Both the position numbers and the translations under genes were made by a program. From positions 1-22,929 of the forward strand of contig PMWA01000117.1 of the NCBI GenBank assembly GCA_003166335.1: 22,929 nt of DNA. The letters run 5' to 3'. A model generated the notes under the pieces. It was not told where the DNA came from. It did not search any database and was given only the letters and a program-made list of their open reading frames with translations. Source of the DNA: Methanobacterium sp. (GTDB lineage: Archaea > Methanobacteriota > Methanobacteria > Methanobacteriales > Methanobacteriaceae). This document shows, piece by piece, positions 9,723-18,754 of the stretch (within the stretch, counting starts at the first letter, position 1; every line of letters starts with the position of its first letter).

Positions 9723-10985
9723 TTATGTAGGAAGGAATGAAGTTAGTACCAAGGCAATGCTCAAACCTATCAAAATCGCAATTGTTATCCCGGCTATATA
9801 ATTGAATAACTTTGAGTTTACATGTTCTCCCATTATCTTTTTATCATTAATGAGTAGAAGCATAAATATTAGTATAAATGGAAGTAATAAACCATTTGCA
9901 ACCTGAGAAAAGAATAGTATTGAAAGTAATGGTGCATTTGGAAACATTATGATGATAACTGCCATTAATATAAGTCCAAGATATAACCCATGAAATACGG
10001 GTGCTTCTCTAAATCCTTTGTTAACTCCAGCTTCAAAGCCTAGCATTTCACAGACGAAATATGAGGTAGCTAATGGTAAGATGCTTGCTGCAAATAATGA
10101 AGCATTTAAAAATCCGAATGCAAACAATATACTTGCATAATTCCCAGCGAGAGGAATAAGCGCTTTTGAAACATCTGCAACATTATTTACGGGAATACCA
10201 TGTGCAAATATGGTTGCGGCACAGGCTATCACTATAAAAAAGGCTATAAAATTTACAGCCATAGCTCCAAATACGGCATCTATTTTAGAATATTTAAGAT
10301 TTTTTAAACTCACTCCTTTCTCTACAACCGACGCTTGAATGTAAAACATTTGCCATGGAGCAATTGTAGTTCCAATCACCCCTATAACCATGGTAATATA
10401 AGCAGTACTTAAACTTAACTGTGGAAATATAATGTTTTTTGCTGCAAGCGTCCAGTTGGGCTGTGCAAGATATCCAGCCACAATATAGGATATATAAAGT
10501 GCTGATGCCAATAAAAATACTTTTTCAACGCTTTTATAGTTACCTTTAACTACAAGAAGCCAGACAAATAACGCAGCAACAGGTAAAGCAACGAACCGGG
10601 GAACATTAAATATTCCACTACTTACAGCTATACCAGAAAATTCAGCGAGTACATTTCCGAAGTTAGTGAGAAGAAGAGCGAACATCAGTATAACGGTGAT
10701 TTTAATTCCTACTCTTTCACGGATAAGATCTGCAAGCCCTCGTCCAGATACAATGCCTAATCTAACACCCATCTCTTGAATAACAGCTAAAGCTACGAAC
10801 ATGGGGATAAATAGCCACATCAAGCTGTAACCAAACTGTGAACCTGCTAATGAATAAGTAGTGATACCACCAGCATCATTATCCACATTAGCAGTGATTA
10901 TTCCAGGTCCCATTACGCCTAAAAAAATGATTAAACTTAGGATAAGGGGTGTTTGGAAGATTCTGCGGAAGACTCTAAGATCCAT
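9723..10985 (-). CDS. NRAMP/SLC11-family divalent metal transporter, NRMT (Mg2+-type) subgroup
   Basis: MGPGIITANVDNDAGGITTYSLAGSQFGY (DAGG instead of DPGN), QEMGVRLGIVSGRGL, and GTTIAPWQ (instead of GATIMPH). About 11 hydrophobic segments. RBS AGGTGAG. Confidence 0.92.
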   Translation of the reverse strand: MDLRVFRRIFQTPLILSLIIFLGVMGPGIITANVDNDAGGITTYSLAGSQFGYSLMWLFIPMFVALAVIQEMGVRLGIVSGRGLADLIRERVGIKITVILMFALLLTNFGNVLAEFSGIAVSSGIFNVPRFVALPVAALFVWLLVVKGNYKSVEKVFLLASALYISYIVAGYLAQPNWTLAAKNIIFPQLSLSTAYITMVIGVIGTTIAPWQMFYIQASVVEKGVSLKNLKYSKIDAVFGAMAVNFIAFFIVIACAATIFAHGIPVNNVADVSKALIPLAGNYASILFAFGFLNASLFAASILPLATSYFVCEMLGFEAGVNKGFREAPVFHGLYLGLILMAVIIIMFPNAPLLSILFFSQVANGLLLPFILIFMLLLINDKKIMGEHVNSKLFNYIAGITIAILIGLSIALVLTSFLPT

Positions 10986-10999
10986 AAAAAACTCACCTT

Positions 11000-12250
11000 T
11001 TATCTTCCAAACATTCTTGGAACTCTTTTCTTCCAGGCAACAGGTAAAACAATATCTATAGCATCATCTACAGTAATAATGCCTCTTAATTTCTGTTCAT
11101 CCTCAACAACGGGTAAGGCCAGTAAATTGTATTTAGCAATTTTCTGGGCAACCTCTTCCTGATCTTCGAGGATATCAGCTTTAATTATATGGGTGTGCAT
11201 GAAATCAGTAATCTTCTTATCAGGATCAGCTAGTAAAATATCTCTTAGAGAAGTCACTCCCACCAAATCACCATTCTTGGAAGTAATATAAACATAATAG
11301 ATGGTTTCAACATCTTTAGCTATTTCACGAAGAGATCTCATTACTTCTCTAACTGTTAAATCCTGATCCACATAAGCGTATTCTGTGGTCATGATTCCCC
11401 CAGCAGTGTTTTCAGGATACTCTAATAATTTCCTTAAATCCTTAGATTCTTCTGGCTCCATCAAATCCAGGAGTTCCTCAGCTTTTTCTTCGGATAAATC
11501 ACCAAGTACGTCTGCAGCGTCATCAGGATCCATTTCATCTAATAATTCAGCAGCACGTTGACTGTCCATACCTTCTAAGAGAGAAACCTGCCTCTCAGGG
11601 GAGACCTCTTCTAAAGTATCGGCTGCAGCCTCATCATCAAGAGAATTCAAAATATTTAAAGATTCATTAAGACTTAGCTGATCCACGATCTCTGCAATAT
11701 CTGCAGGATGGAGTTTTTTTATTTTCTGTTCAGGTACTTTCAATTTCAACTTAGAATAATCAGGATTTAAGGTATCAATATCTTCCCAGGCGATGATATT
11801 TTCATTAGATTTTACACCGAATGGTTTAGCGATACTTTCAACTCCTAACCTCTTTAAAATACCGTAAAAACCAATATCGACACCTATAACATGATAATAA
11901 CCATGACTTGGGGATAACTTAATATCATTCACTCTTCTTATCTTCTTATCCTCAATATCAACAACTTGCCGATCAAGAACATCTTCTGAAAGTCTTATAT
12001 CTAATTTTTTAATCTTATATTCGGGTAGATCTTTGAGCATATTTTTAAGCTTAATTTCATTCCCTAATTGATTAATGTAATTGTATGGAATGCTAATTAT
12101 TTTTTTATCAGAGTTAACCACAGTTACAGCCTTTATAATTGGATATGAAACTTCAGATGATACTAAAACATCCTTAAGTTTTCCTATTCGTTTTCCTGTG
12201 GGATCTATTACTGGTTTTTTGATTAATTCACTTAGATACAAAGCTTTCAC
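11000..12250 (-). CDS. Soluble MgtE-like protein: two PRC-barrel-like repeats + MgtE N domain + CBS pair, no transmembrane domain
   Basis: PRC-like LSELIKKPVIDPTGKRIGKLKDV and VLDRQVVDIEDKKIRRVNDI. MgtE_N LHPADIAEIV...MDPDDAADVLGDL. CBS YPENTAGGIMTTEY...KYNLLALPVV...GIITVDDAID. Ends 17 aa later. GTG start. Confidence 0.9.
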   Translation of the reverse strand: MKALYLSELIKKPVIDPTGKRIGKLKDVLVSSEVSYPIIKAVTVVNSDKKIISIPYNYINQLGNEIKLKNMLKDLPEYKIKKLDIRLSEDVLDRQVVDIEDKKIRRVNDIKLSPSHGYYHVIGVDIGFYGILKRLGVESIAKPFGVKSNENIIAWEDIDTLNPDYSKLKLKVPEQKIKKLHPADIAEIVDQLSLNESLNILNSLDDEAAADTLEEVSPERQVSLLEGMDSQRAAELLDEMDPDDAADVLGDLSEEKAEELLDLMEPEESKDLRKLLEYPENTAGGIMTTEYAYVDQDLTVREVMRSLREIAKDVETIYYVYITSKNGDLVGVTSLRDILLADPDKKITDFMHTHIIKADILEDQEEVAQKIAKYNLLALPVVEDEQKLRGIITVDDAIDIVLPVAWKKRVPRMFGR

Positions 12251-12287
12251 CTCACTATATTATTTTGTGGAGCTTTTTTTTGGTTCA

Positions 12288-12743
12288 CTATATGTTGTTA
12301 GGCATCACTCCCTCTTTGACGCGTTCCATTACAATCATCTCCATTAAATCTTCAACTCCATCCACAGAACGTATTTTACTGTTAACAATGTTATTAAGCT
12401 CTTCTAAGCTAAGTGCCCATACTTTAATTAATATATCATATTCTCCTGAAATGCTATACACTTCAGAGACTTCTTCAAGCTTAGCTAACTTTGATTCTAC
12501 ACTTCGATGTTTTTCTGACTCGGTTTGAATTATAATAATCGCTGTAACTTTTAAACCAAATTTATCAAGATCTAATATTAAAGTGTATTGTTTAATCAAG
12601 TTTTTATCAAGTTTTTTGAGACGATTGGAAATGGTTGCATCGGGTACATCAATCTCTTTAGACATTTGAGATAGGGTGATCCTAGCGTTTTTGACCAAAG
12701 AATGAATAATTCGCGAGTCTATATCGTCTAATTCATCATCCAT
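12288..12743 (-). CDS. Lrp/AsnC family transcriptional regulator
   Basis: N-terminal [44 protein letters not shown] and RAM domain [26 protein letters not shown]. Confidence 0.95.
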   Translation of the reverse strand: MDDELDDIDSRIIHSLVKNARITLSQMSKEIDVPDATISNRLKKLDKNLIKQYTLILDLDKFGLKVTAIIIIQTESEKHRSVESKLAKLEEVSEVYSISGEYDILIKVWALSLEELNNIVNSKIRSVDGVEDLMEMIVMERVKEGVMPNNI

Positions 12744-13073
12744 TAATTTTCACCACTAATTTGTTTACATCATTAGTATATTCGCATTTTATATATTAAA
12801 TTTTAGGAAGATTACTTAAAATTCTACTGAACTATTGGTAAAAAAAAGTTATTAAAAAAAATAGGATGGCATACCCTAAAAAATTAGTAATAAATTGCAT
12901 AAAAGTTGAGAAATATAATAATACTTAATATAAAACGCATTATATAAAGTTGATTGTTTTATTTCTGATTAGTTAAAAAATAAGGATAAACATTATTAAT
13001 GAGTTTTCGGATGATGAAAAAAAGAAATTTTAGTTAATACTGATAAATTAGGAGAAATATATATTTTATTATT

Positions 13074-13160
13074 ATGTACAAATTAGGTATGATCGGATTA
13101 GTACTTATTGCTGTAATTGCACTTATAGTGGGTTTATACGCTAACAATAAAGCCTACTAA
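13074..13160 (+). CDS. Possible 28-aa single-TM peptide, or the 3' remnant of a decayed gene
   Basis: MYKLGMIGLVLIAVIALIVGLYANNKAY* contains one clean hydrophobic helix. The nearest RBS-like AGGAGA is 18 nt upstream, which is rather far. Confidence 0.3.
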   Translation: MYKLGMIGLVLIAVIALIVGLYANNKAY

Positions 13161-13438
13161 CTAAATCAGGATATTATAAACAGATTGCTTTATTTTCCGA
13201 AATAAGACTAATTTTTTTTAACTTTTCAATATAATATTTTTCTAATAATTATCGGAACAAAATAGTTTAAAAAATTTTTATATTTACTTTTTTTTTAAAA
13301 ATAATTTAATATGAATCATTTCTTTATATAAAAATAAATAACACATTAAATAGAAATATAAATATAAAACATTATGTGTATTCTTAAGACTTAAAATTAG
13401 ATAATTGCAGGTTTTTGAAATAAGGGGGGAATATTGAA

Positions 13439-13725
13439 TTGGAAAAAATTGAACTTAAATATGACAGGATAGAGAGAATAGGTGATGATTACTATTTAGT
13501 GTATAGATCAGACTTCTTTGATCAGACAACATTAATCTCCTTAAATACATTATAAGTGGACTCAAAGCTAAAAAGAAGAATTCATTCTATGACACGGATT
13601 TAGAATATAATCCTTTATTAAAGGTACAGTTTAATTACCAAAAAAATAAAGATGAAGAATCAATCGAGAAAGTAAGACTTGAAACTGAAGCCTTAATTAA
13701 TCATATAATAACAGATAGAAAATAA
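13439..13725 (+). pseudogene. Frameshifted hypothetical gene (about 95 aa if repaired)
   Basis: RBS GGGGGGA then TTG 13439: MEKIELKYDRIERIGDDYYLVYRSDFFDQ..., stopping at 13553-13555. The -1 frame is open 13522-13725: ...NLLKYIISGLKAKKKNSFYDTDLEYNPLLKVQFNYQKNKDEESIEKVRLETEALINHIITDRK*. Confidence 0.65.
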
Positions 13726-13869
13726 AAAAAATTAGTTTAAATTTTTTTTATATATTTAGTATAATAGAGTAAATATTCCTGAAAATTGGATTAAGTTAAA
13801 TAGGATAAGGACTTAAATAAAATTAAGGTTTTAGTTTAGTAAAAATTTTTTTCCTTGGAGGTGAAATGA

Positions 13870-14142
13870 ATGTCAGAGGATAATATTGTATACATTGGAA
13901 ATAAACCAGTAATGAACTATGTGTTAGCTGTCGTAACTCAGATGAATGGTGGACTATCAGAAGTACTGTTAAAAGCCAGAGGCAGAGCTATAAGCAGAGC
14001 AGTTGACGTAGCAGAGATTGTACGTAACAAGTTTATAAGTGATTTAGAACTTGGAAACATATACATCTCCACTGAGGAAGTGACAAATAGAGAAGGATCA
14101 AATAGCAATGTTTCAGCTATTGAAATACAGCTATTAAAATAG
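13870..14142 (+). CDS. albA: DNA/RNA-binding protein Alba
   Basis: Motifs [38 protein letters not shown] and [20 protein letters not shown]. Confidence 0.97.
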   Translation: MSEDNIVYIGNKPVMNYVLAVVTQMNGGLSEVLLKARGRAISRAVDVAEIVRNKFISDLELGNIYISTEEVTNREGSNSNVSAIEIQLLK

Positions 14143-14285
14143 AAAAAATTAACACTTTAATATTTTTAATTTTTTTGAGAATTTAGTAGGATGAAAGATA
14201 ATTTTAATTAGATTTATTTTAAAGAATTTATTTTTTTTTGGGATAGAACATTTCTGAAATCAAATTATTAAATTATTTTAAAATG

Positions 14286-14615
14286 TTACTCTGAAGGATG
14301 GATCTCTCCTAATATGGCTGATTTTATTATTTCACCGTGACATGGAAGCGGATCACACCAACAAACAAGTACTAACTCTCTTTTAACTTTATAAACCTGC
14401 TGTAATCTTCTGATTTCCTTCCATTGGACGCTGTCCTCGGGAAGTGATTCAAGATATTTTTTAAACTTTACCACTAACCTCAAATTTGATTTATAGTTTA
14501 CAGGTCCAGTATACGGGTTTTTTAATGGTGAGGCGTTAAGTTTATGATAATGATTGTATCTTCCGATATACTCACCCGGACCTTTATAATCAGAATATTT
14601 CTTAATTTTAATCAC
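14286..14615 (-). CDS. DUF4326-like protein, copy 1
   Basis: YIGR...SPLKNPY...LVCWCDPLPCHGEII matches the DUF4326 pattern (YIGR/SPxxNPF/LxCWCxPxxCHG). RBS AAGGTGA, GTG start. Confidence 0.82.
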   Translation of the reverse strand: MIKIKKYSDYKGPGEYIGRYNHYHKLNASPLKNPYTGPVNYKSNLRLVVKFKKYLESLPEDSVQWKEIRRLQQVYKVKRELVLVCWCDPLPCHGEIIKSAILGEIHPSE

Positions 14616-15378
14616 AATAAATCACCTTAACCTTTTTTTAATTTTAAAAAAAAAATATTTTAATATAAAATAAAATTTATAAAGATGGATTTAAGTCCAT
14701 GAAAACAAAAAATAGCTTATAAATATATCTATATTGTCTTCATCAAAAATTATATTACAATTTATATTTAGTATATCACTACTAGTTATTGTAGTATTCC
14801 TTCTTCACTAAAAAAAATATGAATCGATTTTTCAGAAAATCAAATTATTTTAATTTTAATTTTAAATGAAAAAAATGAAAAGATTTCATTCAGGAGAATA
14901 TTAAATCTTATTTATAACCGTTTTTTATTATTATTTGCTTATTAATTGAAAAAATTGAACTTTTATTTTTTTTTAAGAAATACAACATTATAACTATGAT
15001 AAAAACAATAACTAATAATAATACACTTTAATTTATTTGAAGATTCACATTAAATAGACTTAAAAATTCATATAAAAAAAATATAATTTTAATAATTTCA
15101 ATGTTTAGACCATCATTTTTTCGTATATTCTTTTAAGCCATTAGAAATATGTTTTTTAGGTTTTTTGAGATGTAAATCAACTAATCTGAAATACAAAAAA
15201 CATATATAATTTGGCACGATTTATAGTATTAGTTTAAATTCTTATTAGATATATCTTAATTAAATATTTTCTATTTAATTTTTAAGGTAGTTTTTAAATT
15301 TATTTCTTTATTAAAAAAAATGGAATTTATTCATAGATAATTTAAAAATATTTTATTGAGAGAATATTTGATGAATAA

Positions 15379-15654
15379 ATGAGGAAAATGGAAGATTATA
15401 TTATGAGTTTAGATGAACTAATGAATGAACGTAACTGTATATTAAAGAAATTAAAATCATATGAAGAACTTGAATTAGGATTAAAAAATATAAAAAAGTA
15501 TAATAAGGTTAAAAGTTCCGATGTAAAACTAAAAGTATATAAAGAGAGTGATTATCCCGATCTTGAAGATATAACTGAATCCATGGTGGCTACGATGATA
15601 GAGCAACTAACTGATAATTTATCCAAAATATATGAACAGATAAATAATTATTAA
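15379..15654 (+). CDS. Hypothetical helical protein, tandem paralog A
   Basis: Shares LMNER, ELxLGL, LKVY, YPDLExITES and IEQLTD with the next ORF. The true start may be ATG 15388 (GAGG just upstream). Confidence 0.8.
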   Translation: MRKMEDYIMSLDELMNERNCILKKLKSYEELELGLKNIKKYNKVKSSDVKLKVYKESDYPDLEDITESMVATMIEQLTDNLSKIYEQINNY

Positions 15655-15721
15655 TTCAGGTTTTTATTGGTAATTTTGAATAATTTAAGATTAAATGGGG
15701 TAAAATTGGATAAAATAGGAG

Positions 15722-16006
15722 ATGGATATTTTGAATTTAGAAAGATTAATGAATGAACGTAAAAATTTATTAAGAGAATTAAAAGCAAATGATGAACTTC
15801 AACTAGGATTAGAAAAGATAAAAAGATACAATTTTGAAACAAATGATGATTTAAAGGTGTATAATACAATTAATTATCCTGATCTTGAGGAAATAACCGA
15901 ATCCAATGTGGCAGAAAGGATAGAACAATTAACTGATGATCTCCTAAAATTATCGGAAATGATTAATAAAGTTAAATTAGAAGCTACAAATAAAATATCA
16001 GCATAA
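15722..16006 (+). CDS. Hypothetical helical protein, tandem paralog B
   Basis: Roughly half of its residues are identical to paralog A over the full length. Both frames are intact. Confidence 0.8.
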   Translation: MDILNLERLMNERKNLLRELKANDELQLGLEKIKRYNFETNDDLKVYNTINYPDLEEITESNVAERIEQLTDDLLKLSEMINKVKLEATNKISA

Positions 16007-16207
16007 AATCATTTTTATTATTATTTATTTTTCTAAATTTGATTAACTAGTGTAATATAGTGCAGTTGAATCTAATAATTGTATCTGTACTATTAAAGAG
16101 GGTAAGAGACAGGCAGGATAAATTAAAACTCTCATTCGCATTTTATTCATCTAAATACTGGATCTGAGGAAATGTCTGTTTTTTGAATAATTTTTTTTAT
16201 ATTCATT

Positions 16208-17245
16208 TTAAGCATTTTTCTTTTGAATCATTTTTATAGCTTCCTCAGCAGCCTTTCTGACGTAAATATTTTCATCATTAAGAACTTCCTTTAATGAATT
16301 TAATGCAATTGGATCTCCAATTTCTCCCAGGGTTTCTGCAGCTTTTTCACGTACAATAAAGTTATTATAGTTTAAAGCCATAATAAGGGGATTAATAGCT
16401 TTTTTACCAAATTTATTTAGTGATATTGCGGTCTTTAACCGTACTGAGGCATCTTCATCTTCAAGGCTTTCGATTAAAGGTGAAATTGCTCGATCATCAC
16501 CTATTTCACCCAAAGCACATATAACTCTCCTCCTCACGTTAATGTTCTTATCATGTAAAACATTAATCAAAGGAATTACTGATGGTTCACCAAGTTTTTT
16601 TAGAGCTTCTTTAGCTCTCCATTGTACACTGGAATTTTTATCTCTTAATGCATTTATTAATGGTTCAACAGCCTTCTTATCTCCAATTTCACCTAGAACT
16701 TCTGCAGCTCTATGCCTTATTTCAGGATTATCGTCATTTAAGTATTCAATAAGTATTTCAACAGCTTCATCTTTTCCAATTCTATTAAGAATCTCCTCTA
16801 ATATATGTTGAGGACTTTTCTTTTTATTATCTTTAGGTATTTTTATTTCTGCTGCATTATTTTTTTGTTTATTAAGAATTTCAGCAGCACGGGCTCTTAC
16901 ATCTTCATCTGGATCGTTTAAAATTCGATTCAAATACTTTATTGAATCTCCGTCTCCCCACTTTCCAATAAGTTCTACTGCTTTATCTCGCACGTGACAA
17001 TCTTCATCATCCAAAGCATTAATAAATGGTTCAATGGAACATTCATCTATCTTTCCTAATGCATTCAAAGAATATCGTCTAATAATCCATTTGCTACTGT
17101 TTAGGGCTTCTATAAGTGGTTTAACGGCTCTTGAATCTCCAATTTCTCCTAAAGCGGTTATTCCATATAAATTAATTTCTGTATTATCATCATTTATTGC
17201 AGCAATTAATGGTTCTACGGATTCAGTATTAGATATTTTTCCCAT
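16208..17245 (-). CDS. HEAT/PBS-lyase repeat protein, C-terminal part of a frameshift-split gene
   Basis: Many VRxxAAEALGEIGDxRAVxPLIxALxD repeats. Its ATG arises at the frameshift site. Confidence 0.8.
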   Translation of the reverse strand: MGKISNTESVEPLIAAINDDNTEINLYGITALGEIGDSRAVKPLIEALNSSKWIIRRYSLNALGKIDECSIEPFINALDDEDCHVRDKAVELIGKWGDGDSIKYLNRILNDPDEDVRARAAEILNKQKNNAAEIKIPKDNKKKSPQHILEEILNRIGKDEAVEILIEYLNDDNPEIRHRAAEVLGEIGDKKAVEPLINALRDKNSSVQWRAKEALKKLGEPSVIPLINVLHDKNINVRRRVICALGEIGDDRAISPLIESLEDEDASVRLKTAISLNKFGKKAINPLIMALNYNNFIVREKAAETLGEIGDPIALNSLKEVLNDENIYVRKAAEEAIKMIQKKNA

Positions 17246-17649
17246 GCTTCTACAGCTCTTAATTTGATATCATAATTTTCATCTTCCAATGCAAGTTTAA
17301 GATATTCCAAAGATTCTCTACCACCAATTTCTCCTAGTGAGAATATCATCATATCTCTAAGTTCATCATTTGCATCGTTAAAATTTGAAATCAGAGGTAA
17401 AACTGCTCTTTTATCTCCAATTTCTCCTAATGCAATTATCGCCATTTCTTTAGTGGGCAGGTATTCGTCATTTAAAACGGATATTAATGCTTCTACTGCT
17501 GTATTATTTTCAATTTCTCCTAAGGCTTCAGCAGCTCTATATCTTACAGAACGGTCATCTTTATATTTGAGAGCTTTTATTAATCCTTTTATATCTTCTT
17601 TGTTTTTTAATTGTTCCACATCACCTTCATTTAAATGGAATAATTTCAT
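17215..17649 (-). CDS. HEAT/PBS-lyase repeat protein, N-terminal part of a frameshift-split gene
   Basis: VEQLKNKEDIKGLIKALKY...VRYRAAEALGEI repeats and a GGGGGA RBS. The repeat breaks at LRAVEA|W. Adding one T near 17244 gives AVEALGKISNTESVEPLI and a 480-aa fused protein. Confidence 0.8.
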   Translation of the reverse strand: MKLFHLNEGDVEQLKNKEDIKGLIKALKYKDDRSVRYRAAEALGEIENNTAVEALISVLNDEYLPTKEMAIIALGEIGDKRAVLPLISNFNDANDELRDMMIFSLGEIGGRESLEYLKLALEDENYDIKLRAVEAWEKYLILNP

Positions 17650-17682
17650 ATAAAAATCCCCCTAAAATTTTAATGTAAATTG

Positions 17683-17697
17683 ATTATGCAGCATAAT
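17683..17697. promoter_or_regulatory. Perfect 7-1-7 palindrome upstream of the HEAT gene (candidate operator)
   Basis: ATTATGC-A-GCATAAT, about 34 nt upstream of the start at 17649 and downstream of a minus-strand TTTATATG TATA-like box near 17730. Confidence 0.35.
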
Positions 17698-18284
17698 ATA
17701 AAATCAACAATATAACTGTTTTAGTATTCATATAAATATTTTAAAGTTTTTTTAATCTACTATTTCCAAACTTTTTTAATAAAAACTTACTTAATTATTT
17801 ATTCCACATAGTTATTTTTTTAAAAGTTTTATTTTTTTGATTCTCTTTGAGTAAAAATCTGATTTAAAAATTTATTTTTTTTAATTATGATTTAATGTGA
17901 TTTTAGTTCTTTTTTATTTACTCTTTTTATAATGATTAATAATTCTAAATAAGTTTTATAAGGTAGTTAATTTTTAAATTAAATGTTTGAAATTATAAAA
18001 TACTTTAAAGGTTTAAAAATCATATCAATTATTAATTAAATAATGTAACGAGTTAATAATCTTATATTAGTCTTTGTAATAGTGAATGTAGTTATTTTCG
18101 ACGAGTTTGAGTTATTCAGACATTCATCAATGTAAATGTTAATGAACTTTATAGCAGTTTCATTATTACATAATCGAAAATATTTATTTCTTTATTAAAA
18201 AAAATCAAAGATAATTTATAATTCTTATTAAAATAACATAAATGGAAATATAATAAATATTTTTTTTTAGGAGGTAAATGAACA

Positions 18285-18731
18285 ATGTATAAGAAAATAT
18301 TAGTACCTACGGATGGTTCAAAGCAATCAGAAAAAGCAGGAGAATATGCTATATCTCTGGCTGAAACAACTGGTGCAGAGATCATTGTTTTATACGTGAT
18401 AGACACTGAATACCTCAATGCCCTCCCACAGAAAGATCTAAGGGATCAAACTGATAAAGATTTAAGGGAAGAGGGAAAAAAAGCATTAGAAAAATTTGAA
18501 GCAAAGATAGAAGAAGAACAATGCAATGGGAAATGTAAATTCGTAAATTTTACCAAAATAATTAAAGAGGGTAAACCTGCTGATGTTATACTCAAAACCA
18601 TAGAAAAAGAAGATATTGATCAAGTAGTAATCGCAAAATCCGGTAAACAGGGAATGGAAAAATTAATCATCGGAAGCATAACAGAAGAAGTAGTAAAATA
18701 CGCAAAAGTTCCAATAAATGTCATATCTTAA
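18285..18731 (+). CDS. Universal stress protein (UspA family)
   Basis: MYKKILVPTDGS, EGKPADVILK and SGKQGMEKLIIGSITEEVVKYAKVPINVI. RBS GGAGGT. Confidence 0.95.
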   Translation: MYKKILVPTDGSKQSEKAGEYAISLAETTGAEIIVLYVIDTEYLNALPQKDLRDQTDKDLREEGKKALEKFEAKIEEEQCNGKCKFVNFTKIIKEGKPADVILKTIEKEDIDQVVIAKSGKQGMEKLIIGSITEEVVKYAKVPINVIS

Positions 18732-18754
18732 AAAAAAGGATAGGTGTTTAGTTA

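Noticed and set aside
9723..10985. Calling this gene mntH
   Set aside because: It lacks the DPGN and MPH signatures of Mn2+/H+ NRAMPs and has DAGG/TIAPW instead.
11000..12250. Calling this a complete or frameshifted mgtE channel
   Set aside because: There are no TM helices, and the downstream DNA encodes the NRAMP-fold protein, not the MgtE pore.
10861..12528. Plus-strand ORFs 10861..11061, 10953..11162, 12081..12347, 12265..12528 (and minus-strand 7292..7498)
   Set aside because: Antisense to the transporter/regulator genes, with the Ser/Phe/Ile-rich composition typical of shadows.
14700..15370. Long AT-rich gaps (also 17700-18270 and 21830-22210) as CRISPR arrays or ncRNA genes
   Set aside because: No regularly spaced repeats and no GC-rich stems or tRNA-like structure. 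They are consistent with promoter regions and eroded DNA.
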